Notes: a model not told the origin generated them from the letters alone. A stretch of DNA of 64,000 bases from the human T2T-CHM13v2.0 reference genome, Homo sapiens (GCF_009914755.1 NC_060927.1); one strand, 5' to 3'; positions 16,705 to 33,030 are shown, counted from the first letter of the stretch. Translations and numbers: made by a program.

Positions 16705-17125
16705 ATTCTCTCTCTCTCCCCTCTCTCTCTTTCTTTTTCTTGCCTTTCTTCCTCGAATTTCTCTTTTTTCTTTTCTTTCCTTTCCTTTCCTTTCTCTCTC
16801 TTTCTTTCTTTTTCTTTCCTTTTCTTCATTTATTTATTTACTTATTTGAGACAGGGTTTCACTGTGTTGCCCAGGCATGCAGTGGCATAATCATAGCTAA
16901 TTGCAGCCTCAAAATCCAGAGCTCTAGTAATCTTTCCACTTCAGCCTCCAGCATAGCTGGGATTACAGGTGTGCACCACCAAGCCCAGCTAATTTTTCAA
17001 TGTTTTCATAGAGATGGGGTTTTGCTATGTTGGCCAGGCTTGTCTTGAACTCCTGGCCTCAAATGATCCTCCTGCCTTGGCCTCCCAAAGTACTGGGATT
17101 ACAGACATGAACCATTGCACCAGGC
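16705..17125 (-). mobile_element. Alu (AluJ-like) with CT-rich expanded tail
   Basis: Reverse Alu preceded by pyrimidine low-complexity sequence. Confidence 0.85.
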
Positions 17126-18069
17126 TTGTTTCCTCATTCAGAAAGTATCTATCTCACAGGCTCATTGTTAAGATTAAATTAAGTGAGATAATATTTACAA
17201 AATATCTGACACATAACAGGTACCCAATAAATAAAGCTATTATAATTATCAAATTAAGAACAAATGGGAAACACAAGTTACTAATTTGGTGAGAAATAAC
17301 AGGTATGAATTGTGTTTTGGATAGCTATAATTCTTAGCAGATATAAGCACAAAATGCCATTATTAAATGTTATTTAAGTATTTCACTCTTTCATTTTCAC
17401 TGTCCTTCATTGCTATCACCTCTGACATAAGAGTACTAAAATAAAACTATTTTTACTAGTAAAATGCATTCAAAGTAGGCTAGGGAGTTCAATTAAGAAA
17501 AATATGGGAGAAAAAAGGCAAAAGAGTTCACTTAGATGTAAAACCAGACCACTAAGTGATGGTCTATCTTCTGCTTGCCTGGGAAGTTATTGTTTCCCAT
17601 GTTGACCTACCCATTCCATCTTAGGGCAGTTCTAATTATTTTAAAACGTAGCTTTATGTTAAGCCCAAATATGTTTTACTATAGCTGTACATACCAACTT
17701 AGAGTAGTAGAAATCATTCCTTCATAAGGCAGCTCTTCAAATGTCTAAAGACAACTGCTCTTGCATTCCACCCCACTCATTATCTCTACTCCTGCAAGTT
17801 AAAGATTCTCATTCCCTTCTGCATATCCTCATGTGACATGGTTTTGCATCCTTTCAGGGCATCGGTTTTTCTATTCTGCACATACCTAGTTTTCATAATC
17901 CCTTTGCAACATTTGGCACTTTGAAGTAAGCACATACCACAGGTGTTGCCTGTTTTTAACAGTGAAAAGTAGAATAAAGTCGTTATTCATGCCCATTCTC
18001 GTTAGTATGTTTCTATTAGTATTGCCCCCAAATTCATTATTACCTTTTTTTTTTTTAAGGAAAGGACTT

Positions 18070-19185
18070 TGTTTTTAGAGTAGTTTTAGGTACACAGAAA
18101 AATTTAGCGAAAGCGGAAAATTCTCAAATACCCCCCTCCCCTAGTTTCCCCTATTATTAACATCTTGCATTAGTGTGATACATTTGTTGCAACTGATGAA
18201 CCAATGCATTGTTATTAACTAATGTCCATAGTTTAGAGTTCACTTTTTGTGTTGTATAGTTCCATTGGTTTTTGTTTGTCTTTTATGGTTTTTTTTTTTT
18301 TTTTTTTTTTTGAGACGGAGCCTTGCTCTGTTACCCAGGCTGGAGTGCAGCGGTGCGATCTCAGCTCACTACAGCCTCCACCTACTGGGTCAAGCCTCCC
18401 AAGTAGCTGGGACTACAGGTGCTTGCCACCACGCCCAGCTAATTTTTGTATTTTTAGTAGAGATGGGGTTTCACCATGTTGGCCAGGCTGGTCTCAAACG
18501 CCTGACCTCAGGTGATCCACTTGCCTCAGCCTCCCAAAGTTACAGGCATGAGCCACTGCCTTGGCCTGTTCCATTGTTTTTGACAAATGCATAATGTCAT
18601 GTGTCCACCATTGCAATATCATACAGAATAGTTTCACTGCCCTGAAAATTGCCTGTGCTCCACCTATTCATCCCTCCCTCCTTCTCCAAAATCTCTGGCA
18701 ACCACTCATCTGTTTACTGTCTCTAGAGTTTTGCCTTTTCCAGAATGTCATATAGTTAAATTATACAGTATGTAGCCTTTTCAGACTGACTTCTTTCACC
18801 TAGGAATCTGCATTTAAGTTTCTTCCATGTCTTTCTGTGGCTTGATAACTCAGTTCTTTTTCTTTTTAGTGCTAAATAATATTCTATCGTATGGAAGTAC
18901 CATAGTTTATTTATCCACTCACAGAAGGACATCTTGGTTGCTTCCAAGTTTTGGCAGTTATGAATAAAGCTTTATTGCTTCCAGAAACATTCATGTGCAG
19001 GTATTGTGTGAACAAAAGTTTTCAATTTATTTGGGTAAATACCAAGTCATGCAACTGCTGAATCATATGGGAAGAGTATGTTTAGTTTTGTAAAAAACTG
19101 CCTGTCTTCCAAAGTGGCTGTAGCATTTTGCATTCCCACCAGCAATGAATGAGTGTTCCTGCTGCTCCACATCCTTGCATTTGGT
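18070..19185 (-). mobile_element. Old L1 (L1MC-like) 3' fragment with a nested Alu (about 18290-18567)
   Basis: Same L1MC-type motifs as 3870-5290; Alu flanked by gttccattg repeats. Confidence 0.8.
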
Positions 19186-20299
19186 GGCCTTTTTTTTTTC
19201 TTTCTTAAACAGGACTATATTACTGTTAATTTGTACTGAGTTTACTGCCAATCAGGATCCCTTAGACGTTTTTATATGACTTAGCTGCTGAGCCACATTC
19301 TCTTTCTCTCAAACTTGTGCAGTTATTCTTTGGACTTTCCTTAGTGGTCTTTCTTTTCTTTTGTGCCTCTCCCAGATGCCCTGGGCTTGGTCTCTTTTAC
19401 TTATCAGGTGCATTCATAAGCCAACTGCTTATTGACTGTATTACTGTTAAGGACTCACACTTGGATTCTTTCCCAGGGCACTGCCTTTGGGAGACTGAAG
19501 GGTGCCTCTCCCAGAGGTGCCTGGGAGTTGACATTCATCTCCTGATCAGATGGTACGTAGACAATAACTGACTGGTATGGAGGTAGAGGAACTGAGCTCC
19601 CTTGCCCCTAGGAGGGACAAATGCTGTTATGGAAGTTATACACTCTAGAGCTCCCTGGGAGATCAGGCAGATACCAGGGTACACCGAAAAACATATTCTA
19701 GCTTAGCTTCTTCCTCTTCTCTATCTTCATCTCTCACTTCCTACACGTTTCTCCTGCGGGCACAACCTTAATAAATCACTTGCATATGAATCCCAAACTC
19801 AGGCTCTGTTGCTAGGGAATCTGACCTAATTTTATGACTTCTTTCAATTATAGCACAAAATTGTTCCTAATATTTTTGTCTATTATAACCATTCCTTTCA
19901 AAAATAGTAATGACCTTACTTTAAAGAGGTTATTTTGAATTGCTCCTGCATTGTTGCTTGTATTTATTGAATCTCTAAGGGCAAGACTTTTTCAGGAAAG
20001 AATTACTTTTTCAATATTACAACGAATGTCAGTGGGAAAATCAGACCAATGTGATAAAACTTTATGGCTAAGTAAACATGCATGGAATTGACTTGTTCCA
20101 TTAGTTGAGGATTACCTCCATTGCATTTACGAATGTCACATTCTTTCACTGACCTGTTGACAGTGGTGCCATTTTAGGAAGACACTCTATTTCAGTCTCA
20201 TGAGTGTCAGCATTTATGTGCCAGAGGTACCTTTTACTCTTTAAAATATTACCATTTGGTTTTGTCTGAATGATGACTACCCTTTATTTTTATTTTTGG

Positions 20300-21070
20300 T
20301 GGTGAACACCTACTTGACCAAAAAGTCTGGGTCTTCAATGAAAGGCCCATTTCTGTGTCCCAGTGTTGTGTGTCTTTGGCCACAGCCTTGTATCAAGGGG
20401 AAAAGTCCCTGAAAAAGTTGCCAGGCCAGCACCACTCCTGGTGGCCCTGGATCCTCGCATATGGAAGTTCCTGCCTAAAATGCATCACCTGATCAGAATG
20501 ACAAATCACAGGATGAGAAGTTGTCACTGTGAGGTAACATGACCCCAAGGTGTAAGGGGTTGGAGGCAACATGCAGGTCTACAACCACCCAGCTTACTCA
20601 AGGAAGACCGAAAAAAAATCAGTGTCATCAAGACCTGTAGAGAACATGTTTCTAAAAAAACCTCCTGCATTGTGTCTAAATATCAAGTCACCAGATTGAA
20701 TATGAAGCCAGCAGTATGGGAGGACATAAAAAACAGTTTAGAGGATGATAGGATTTTGATTGAATTTGATATGTTCAAGGAGATGGTCATAATAATTGGT
20801 TGTCTGGAGGATGTGAAGAGTTGTAACACAATTAAAGACAATAAGAGAAAGCACCAACCAAAACAAAAAGGAAAACCAAAATGTGACTGAGAATGTAGCT
20901 GGTTCTTTTGGGAGGTTTTCTAGTCTTCACATCAATGCTTTAAGACTCTCACCCAAAGAATTCTCTGGGTGGGAGATCACGGATAAAACTTTCATCAAAC
21001 ATACCAGTGTGCATGCAGAAGAGTAACAAATCATGAAATTCTTGAGCAAATGAAAGTATTGCCCAGAAAC
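20300..21070 (+). pseudogene. Decayed 5' part of the PARP14-like large exon (RRM3 end/KH region)
   Basis: Blocks SLATALYQGEKSLKKLP, IWKFLPKMHHLI, MRSCHCEVT*, WEDIKNSLEDDRILIEFDMFKEMVIIIG match recalled PARP14 in order; frameshifts, TGA at 20540, acceptor position reads GG. Confidence 0.88.
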
Positions 21071-21662
21071 CTACTGCCAAAGCATAGACTGAAAAATAAT
21101 CAAAGACAATTTTAAACAGAAAAAAATTGATATCCTTTTTGAGTGAGATCAGGCATGGAAAATAGATTTAGTTTCATGGATTACCTCTGACCAAATGATA
21201 ATTGTTGCCTGGAGCTCTGTGTTGAGGAAGATTCTGAGACTGGATCTGGGTTGATTGAAAAAGAATGCTGATATGGATTAGTAATGTCTGTCACAAGTGC
21301 AAGAGGGATAACATGTACTATATTTTTACCATTTGTGTGAGAAATACCATGAGGTAGATAAGCTCAGATTCCATGAAGAGTAGAACTGAACTGGGTGTCA
21401 AGAGACCACATTCAAGTACTGTGTCCTTCATTAGCTAGTAGTTTGATTTTGATCAAATGATTTCATCCATCTGCACACTGGTTTCCTTTTCAGGACAATG
21501 AAGTTTCTATCCTGGATGGTCTGTCATGACCCTTTAAATTCTAAAATTCTATGATCGATTAATAGTCAAACTTCAAATGCATTATTATGGAGTACTCAGG
21601 GATGTGTCTTAGGTTGAGTGCCTCCTGAAGAGCACCCTAAGACAGGATTCAAGTGCAACTTA

Positions 21663-22320
<658 letters not shown>

Positions 22321-22829
22321 AGGAAACTGGTAGGGCGCATCATCAAATCAGCTCCCACTTAATCCCACTGGGGAAACTCATAGTGAATCTCTCTGGGAGG
22401 CAAGGTTGCTGCTGTATTTTTATACCAGCTCCTGTCAATCACTGGATGAGGGCTGGTGGTGGGGGATTGTGGAGGGGGGTTCAGTATGCCTGTACTTCCT
22501 CTCTGCTACACCAGCAAGCCAAATGAGATTTGGCACTAGAGAAAGTCTCCAGGCAAGAAATACAGTTGGAAATATATCCAGGGTACATTTAAGTAGTAAG
22601 GGCTGGGGAATACAGACAGGGTTGGCTATGCTAGGATTCTTGGGGGGAATAAGTAAAAAACTCACTGGCATTTGGGATATTAAATACAATTGATATTCAA
22701 ACATTATAATAATAAACTATCTGCTTTTAAATCTCAGAGCCAAGTTATGAGTTTAGTTGGAGAATTCTGTGAAATGTAATAGTTATTTTCTATATGAACA
22801 CCTATAAGGAAAGTTTACTTATTTACTTA

Positions 22830-23132
22830 TTTTTCATCTTTTTGAGACAGGGTCTCGCTTTGTTACGCAGGCTGGAGTGCAGTGGTGCCATCATGGCTCA
22901 CCGCCACCTTGATTTCCTGGGCTCAAGCAATCCTCCTATCTCAGCCTCCTAAGTAGTGGGCACTACAGGCACATGCCACTGAGCCCGGCTAATTTTTTAT
23001 TTATTTATTTTTTCGTAGAGACAGGGTCTCAATATGTTGCCCAAGCTGTTCTTGAACTCCTGGGCTCAAGTGATTCTCCCACCTAGTCTTCCAAAGTGCT
23101 GAGATTACAGACCTGAGCCACCGCACCTGGCC
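22830..23132 (-). mobile_element. Alu (AluJ-like) 55 nt upstream of exon 2
   Basis: Reverse Alu. Confidence 0.9.
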
Positions 23133-23187
23133 TAAGAGAACTCTTGAAATTGGCATTGCTGGTAATGCTTTACTGTTTTCTCCACAG

Positions 23188-23307
23188 TCCAGAGACAACA
23201 AGTTCAGCAAGAAAGATTGTCTTTCAATCAGGAATGTTGTAGCTTCAATCCAAACCAAAGAAGGTCTGAATCTCAAGTTGATAAGTGGAGATGTTCTGTA
23301 CATCTGG
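23188..23307 (+). CDS. PARP15: PARP15 coding exon 2 (SRDNKFSKK...GDVLYIW), start of macrodomain 1
   Basis: tccacag| acceptor, tgg|gtaggt donor, 120 nt, phase 0/0; translation matches PARP15 as I recall it. Confidence 0.93.
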
Positions 23308-23869
23308 GTAGGTGATGCCATTTAATAAATCTACCAAGGAACAGTGGGATCTATTTAACTTGTTCTGTGAGTTGTTCCATGATTTAATTTGTTCTTTATC
23401 TTAATCAAAGATTAAAGATATCAAAGATAAATTTGAGAAGTTAAACCCACTTAAAGTTTATGCAGATATATACTTACCATCCCCTATATTCTTCCACATG
23501 TACTCATGTGGAGGGGTTCAAGTTTAACCACAAACAAGAGTTTGCAAATCTATCTCTTTTATTTCTCTGTAACTGATCTTGACTTACTCTCAACCCAGTT
23601 CTATTTTTCTCTCCTGCACCAGTCAGCATTAGTGAGGAAGATATGTGTACAGCACACTATAGAATCACCCTTCACAAACACGCCTTTGCTCCTGCCTGAG
23701 CACTTTGCAGAAACACAGGAAGAATGAGGAGGGATAAAGGTTACCAGAAGAGGTGCTAAATCCTCAGCCTGGCTCCTGCCTACCCCTCCTCTCCTACTGT
23801 TTCCTCTTCCTTGGAATCACCAGTTAACAGAAGATACAGGCCCTATATTCCTCCTATAGTTGACATCCA

Positions 23870-24048
23870 TCGTGCTCAATCCTGGCTGCAGATCATAATC
23901 ATCCGGGGGACCTTTTAAAAATACGGACTCCCAGGCCCCACCCCTAGAGATCCTGCCTTTAATTGGTCAGGGATGTGGTGTAGGCGACAATAGTTTTTGA
24001 AAGCATTCCAAGTGATTATCTTATGCAGCTAGGGCTGAGAATCACTGG
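23870..24048. mobile_element. MER5A-like hAT DNA transposon
   Basis: cccaggccccacccctagagat...ccaagtgatt...gggctgagaatcactg. Confidence 0.75.
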
Positions 24049-25424
24049 TTCAGATGCTTCTTAGAATTCTATAGCCCCACCATTTGGACACCTGATGTTT
24101 ACCTTCAGATGGCAGACATTCAGGACTAACAGAAAGAGAACTCTGCTGAGAAATTGGGAGACTCTTCTGGATTGTGAGCCACTGGAAATATTCTTTGCAT
24201 TTGCTGTAGTTAATGGGATGGCAGAGGGGAGGCAGCCGGCTGCTTTCTTCATGTTCTCTAGAGTTTTAGAGTCCTCTGTCACGTGGGTTCAGGACCTTGT
24301 CCTCAAATCAGCAGGTTGAGAAGTTGCATCTTGTCATTTTACACAGAATTGATCTGACTCACACTAATCAAACTCAAGAGACTTACTTATAACACTGGAA
24401 TTGTAATTATTTCATTTGCAATGAGAAAGATAATTGCCATGGCTACTGGTAATAGTGAGCTCTGCAACCGAGTATTATGAGAGTGATTGGTGAGTGATAT
24501 AACCAGAAGAACTGGATGATATAAAAGGACAGTAAATTTATTTTTCACTCTAGTTATAGGCATAGTGTGGTGGGTAAGCAGACCAACTCTAAAGTCAGTT
24601 CTGGCAGGGTTCAAATACTGCTCCACCACTCAGCAGCCACTGATCTTGGTCAATATCCATCTTATGTCTCAGAGTTCTTATCTATAAATATGGATGATGG
24701 TGATATGAAGGTTGTTATGAGGCTTAAATGAAATAATTCATATAAACCACTTATCCCCTGCCTTGCACATAATAAGGACTCAAAAAAATGATAGCTATTA
24801 TCATTATCCCCTTATGATGGGCCACTTTATATTTTACCTTACTCAATTAGTACTACAACCTAATGAAGAAATATATGACTTACCCACATTTTATAGATAA
24901 AGAAACCAAGGTCTTTTCACTATGCAGTCCACTGAGTTGATTATAAATTTCGTGTCAACTCATATTGGGGTTTACCTATTCTTACCATTGGATGGTGCTG
25001 TGTAAACTTTGGAATCCTCTTTATCTTTCTTCTCTGAATTCTTTCTCCTATCCAGTTAGTTTCCAAGCCCTAATAAGCCCTCTTTCAAAATATCTCATGT
25101 ACATGTCTTTCCTTTTCATTGCCATTGTCTACCCGTGTTTCGGTACACACCACTCCCAACCTCCAATCACGCCTCAGTACTACCCTTACCTCCTTGTCAC
25201 TCTTTAATCTGTCCTCTACATCACTGTTTGATATATATTCCAAAAACATTATTTTAGCAGGTACTTCTCTGCACACACATCTTCGGTGTCTTCCTACTAC
25301 CTATAGGGCAAAGTCCAAAAAAGTGTGGCTTTCCAAGTACTCCATCGTCTGGCCCTAAATCTCTTCCCAGCCGCTCTTCTCACTACTGAACCTCTGCTTT
25401 AGCTAAATTTGGACTACTTTCTGA

Positions 25425-26306
<882 letters not shown>

Positions 26307-26676
26307 TATTTTTTTACATGTTAATATATTGCTTCCCTAAACTGTGTAGGAATCAGTAAATGGAGAGTGAAACTGCAAGTGGGAGTGAGGAGAACATGGG
26401 CTAGATCTAATTTTGTTTTGTTTTGTTTTGTTTTGTTTCTTGGATGGCTTGCTCACTCTTGTCTCTGCAAGGGGCTTCTCAGATATTGAGATTAGTTTAT
26501 GCTAACTTCATATAATACCTCATATGCTAACTAACATTATATAAGTGGATCCAAGAATGCCGATTATTAGGTTGAGAAATATAACCTATTATATGTCCCA
26601 GAGACATAGACATCTTTTAATTTACAATGAAGAAGAGTTCCCCAAAGAACCAGGACATTAAAAATCCACATGATCA

Positions 26677-26977
<301 letters not shown>

Positions 26978-27329
26978 GCCACACGATGAGAGTGTTTGTC
27001 TCCTCTTACTCCCAACTTACCAGGGAATCAGAAGGTTTCTGGTGAGCACAAAATCTGAGTAATAGGAGTTATGAGTTGAATATGTAACATCTCATGGCAT
27101 TAGGCTATGACCCTCACTTCACCAAAGGAACAGCCTTAGCATTGACACTGGAGAACTCAACATCCCTGGACAGGCTAGAATGGATACTGCCTACCCTCAC
27201 CTTAGTGACTTTCCTTTGCCAAGGCCTTCAGGGCCGACCATACCCTCCTTCACATTGACCTAGTCTTTCTTTTGGTATATTGTTAAATTCAAAACAAGTA
27301 TTCTCAGTTCCTGCCAGGCTGAGAGCAAT

Positions 27330-27480
27330 TCTTTCTCCCTTCCCCTGTCTCTCTGTCTCAATCTTTCTGTGTTTTTGTTTCTGTCTGTCTCTGTCTCTGT
27401 TTTTCACTTTCATTTTTCTTCTTTCTCCATTTCTCTCTCTCAGTCTTCGTCTCTGACTCTCTGCCTCTGGTCTCTGACTC
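27330..27480. repeat. CT-rich low-complexity tract
   Basis: Pyrimidine-rich tctctg repeats. Confidence 0.7.
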
Positions 27481-27746
27481 ATTTTCATAGCTCTACTCTG
27501 ACTCATTACGTGTTGATTTCACAGCAGTGGTTAATATATTTCCTTAATGTCTAAGTTTTGGAAGTAACCTCATCATGGTGTTTCAGTGCTAACAATAGAC
27601 TGTAAGCTCCTTGAGGGTGGGGCTGACATGTTAGTATGACAGGCAAAACATATCTGTACATTACCCCACAATACTTAGTAAATTTACAGTTGCTCCATCA
27701 TTATGTATTATTGATTCAATCTCTAACTGTTGCTATTTTCGTTAAG

Positions 27747-27983
27747 GCCGATGTCATTGTCAACAGCGTTCCCATGAATCTTCAGCTTGGAGGAGGACCA
27801 CTATCTCGGGCATTTTTGCAGAAAGCTGGTCCCATGCTCCAGAAAGAGTTAGATGACAGAAGGCGGGAAACAGAGGAAAAAGTAGGTAACATATTCATGA
27901 CAAGCGGCTGCAATCTGGACTGCAAAGCTGTGCTCCATGCTGTGGCTCCATACTGGAATAATGGAGCAGAGACTTCTTGGCAG
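27747..27983 (+). CDS. PARP15: PARP15 exon 3, macrodomain 1 (ADVIVNSVPMNLQLGGGPLS...ETSWQ)
   Basis: gttaag| and cag|gtaggg; 237 nt; macrodomain DVIVN and VLHAVAP motifs; inside ORF 27636..28148. Confidence 0.97.
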
Positions 27984-28049
27984 GTAGGGAACGCTCTTAG
28001 TTCTCCAACGTATTGGGTGGCTTTGGGAATCTCCTTCTGGTGTGGTATA

Positions 28050-28214
28050 GATCTGTGCTCAAGGGAAGCAATTTTGCCCCACAGAGGACAGTTGGGTTGT
28101 TACAACTGCTGCTGGTATCTAGTGGGTAGAAGCGAGGGATGCTGGTAAATATTCTATGATGCACACACCAGCCCCCACAACAAAGAAGTGTCTGCCCTAG
28201 GCTGTGAAACCCTC
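28050..28214. mobile_element. MER20-like DNA transposon
   Basis: ggtatctagtgggtagaagcgagggatgctggtaaatattcta...cccccacaacaaagaa. Confidence 0.75.
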
Positions 28215-28583
28215 GTATTGATTGAACCCTGTCTATCTATTGAAATCTTTATTACATTCCATGGAGAATTCATCACAACTACCAGTTATTTCCAAGTAAT
28301 TGACCCTTGGAGGTAGTAACATTCATTGGGATTCTACAGGAGTGGTGTCTAAGTTGTAATGTAATAATCTTTCAGTACAGCAAAGAGGTGCGCCCAGCAC
28401 TGTGGTGAAGAAGAAAAAAGAGTCAGTGCCCTTCTTTCGATAACATCATTCCCACCTCCACTACCAGTTTAATTTCCCAACTTTTTTTCAGAATATAAAA
28501 AAGTAATACAAATACATTGTGGAAAATATAGAAAAGTACAAAAAGACAATAAAAATAATAATCCAACCACCAAGAGATAACTG

Positions 28584-29980
<1,397 letters not shown>

Positions 29981-30293
29981 AATACATTTTTTTTTTAACT
30001 TAACATAAATACTGCATGTTGTTAAAGACTCTTCATAAACACCACTTTTAGTTACATTGAGCTACCATTTTTATGCAGCCATTCCCACGCTGTTGGACCC
30101 GCCTCTCCTGAATGAGTGTGACTCTCTCTGGAAAGTACTCTGCCCTGTTTTTGTTTCCTCTTTCTGACTTCTCAGGCCCTGACTAAGCCAACAATAGCAG
30201 AGAGGTCCTTGTCAGAGTTGCTGGGACCACAACTCTTTCTGTTTTCCGCTAGCTTAAGCCCTAACTTATGTAAATGTACTTTGCACATTTCAG

Positions 30294-30521
30294 ATCATGG
30301 CAAATATAATCAAGAAATGTTTGACAACTGTAGAAGTGCTATCTTTCTCATCAATCACATTTCCCATGATTGGAACAGGAAGTTTGCAGTTTCCCAAAGC
30401 TGTTTTTGCTAAACTAATCCTTTCAGAAGTGTTCGAATACAGTAGCAGCACAAGGCCGATAACTAGCCCTTTACAAGAAGTCCACTTTCTGGTATATACA
30501 AATGACGATGAAGGCTGTCAG
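30294..30521 (+). CDS. PARP15: PARP15 exon 4, macrodomain 1 (IMANIIKK...DDEGCQ)
   Basis: tttcag| and cag|gtatgg; 228 nt; SITFPMIGTG macrodomain motif. Confidence 0.97.
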
Positions 30522-31059
30522 GTATGGTTACATATCCCATCTGGTTAATTCTGGCAAGTGAACCCAAGCGCATTCAGATGTTTTTATAGATCTAGGAATA
30601 ACCGTGTTTTCTAATCCTGTGCCTATAAGTGATGGTTGCTAATGGGAGGTTGTCATATGACTTAACTATGAGCCAACACTGATAACTCATGTTCCTAGAC
30701 AGTTCATCAAGAGACAAGCTAATCTGTAATAAATACATTCTTAGAAAGAAGTGGAAAGTTATTGGCATAAAAATGGCCTAGACATTTTAACACTGACTAC
30801 ATGAAAGCTAAGTCATGGCTTTATCTATGGGGAAAGGGCAGAATGAGAGAAGCCTCAAGGATTTAGTTATTTGGATAGCATAGACCAGTCTACACAAGTC
30901 TGTGAGTGTCTACAAACTAGAAATAGCAGCACCATATTCAGCAGTGGAGAAGCAGTCAAGGCACACTAACTAAGTAGTTCCCACTGACATTAGAAGAATG
31001 GTATACTTAGGTTTAATCTCAGTTTTGCCATTTAAAAGTTGGGTGACATACCTCTCTGA

Positions 31060-31390
<331 letters not shown>

Positions 31391-31888
31391 TGAATCTCAG
31401 TTTTATCAAGTGTAAGATGAGTGTGGTAATAACACCTTTCGGAATTGTTCTAACTATTAAAACGGGTGTATTTGAAGTGTTTTGCATGATATCTAGCACA
31501 TAGAAAACCCCCAAAACTGGTAGTAGTCATTACCCAACTTTAAGGACTGACAAGCAATTGCTACAACTTACTAACATCACCACTTAAACTGGATCAAAGA
31601 TAATTTTGTTTTTTAAGTTCTTAGTTATACTTACCCATTCTGGATGGAAGTGTGGTCTTTCCAGAGATGTTTCCCAGAGTTCCCCAGAAACACTCCAAAG
31701 TATTGCATGATGTAGTTTGTAAGCAAATTTATCCATAGGAAATAATAATAATATTTTAAAAAACAACATTTACCCCCAAAGGTTCTTAGTTTTTTTCCCC
31801 CGGTAAATATAAAATATCCAGAGACATATTTTTTTGCTCAAAGATAAACTGGGGGAAATTATTATTAGCAAACTGTTCGTGATATCTG

Positions 31889-32283
31889 TGTCCTTGTTGA
31901 GTTCACAATAACATCTGCCCTTTATTGGGGTGACATCTTCAGTAGCAATCTGGAAAGTAACTGCCCCAAATTTCATTGTTAACCAAGAATTAGAAACATG
32001 GACTGGTGCAGTGGCTCACGCCTATAATCCCAGCACTTTGGGAGGCTGAGGCAGGGGGATTGCTTGAGTCCAGGAGTTCAAAACCAGCCTGTGCCACATG
32101 GCAAAACCTCATCTCTACAAAAAATACAAAAAATTAGCCGGGCGTGGTGGTGTACATCTGTAGTCCCAGCTACTTGGGAGGCTGAGGTGGGAGGATCAGT
32201 TGAGTCCAGGGGGTTGAGGCTGCAGTGAGTCAAGATCATGCCACTGCACTCCAGCCTGGGCAACAGAATGAGACTCTGTCTGC

Positions 32284-32317
<34 letters not shown>

Positions 32318-32378
32318 GAAAGAAAGAGAAAAAGAAAAAGTAGAAACAGTCCCAAAGATACCTGAAAAGAAAGAAAAT
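31889..32378 (-). pseudogene. Inverted decayed copy of the macrodomain-2 exon (exon 6) with its splice acceptor, split by an Alu
   Basis: Minus strand: attttctttcttttcag|gt atc ttt ggg act gtt tct [Alu] ... MKFGAVTFQIATEDVT / frameshift / ADVIVNSTRT; directly comparable with exon 6 in this window. Confidence 0.88.
32000..32340 (+). mobile_element. Alu (AluJ-like) splitting the inverted pseudo-exon
   Basis: Forward Alu, A/GA tail, TSD core tagaaaca on both sides. Confidence 0.92.
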
Positions 32379-32961
32379 GGATGAAGACAACCCAAGTGAA
32401 ACTTTATAACTCTACTCTGTCGCCCATTGCTCAATTTTATCACTCACACGACCAAAATGCCTTTTTGTTTTTTCCATTTCTAAACAAAACTTCAATGTCT
32501 GAGGTTTTCTAACGTGGATTTTCGTGTTTTCATTCAGGAGGCTTTGGCTGGACCTAAGAGATGAAGCATACTGTATGTATTTGTTGTTAATCAACCCCAG
32601 AATGTACCTAACAGCCAAAGATGCCAAGGAACGTTGTTGCCCTGCCCCCTGCTCACCTACAAATACTCTACACTTCCCTCAGCCTATTGGATGTAGGAGA
32701 TTAGAATTATGGGGCTTCAAAAGAGGAGGGATAACGATAGTGGTCACAAAAAAGGCATGTGACTTCCTGCAGAGCCACAGTCAGCACCCCTGCTGACATA
32801 CTTGCCTGGACAGTGTTAGTTTACTCACAAAGTAAAGCAAATCAGCACTGCTATTTGTGGAGAAAATTCCTAGGTTGAACCGCAATCCTTTAAGAAGTCT
32901 CTGAGGGAAGAGGAAATATTTTGAGAACTATTGTTATCAACTCTTTGATATCTGATGATCA

Positions 32962-33030
32962 ATGCTCCAAAGAATTGGATTAATATTTTTACACAATATT
33001 GTTGTAGTCAGTAACTGTTTCTATTTCCAG
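32962..33030 (+). CDS. PARP15: Alternative N-terminus of a short PARP15 isoform (MLQRIGLIFLHNIVVVSNCFYFQ), in frame with exon 5
   Basis: ATG at 32962 opens 23 codons that read through the exon-5 acceptor; matches the short-isoform N-terminus as I recall it. Confidence 0.65.

Noticed and set aside
31629-31700. Minus-strand G|GTAAGT donor preceded by SVSGELWE as a possible inverted exon-7 copy
   Set aside because: Similarity to exon 7 is too weak and the length does not match; a single donor motif is expected by chance
32420-32465. Minus-strand RVSDKI resembling a PARP14 linker exon (VSDKI)
   Set aside because: Five-residue match with no supporting splice sites
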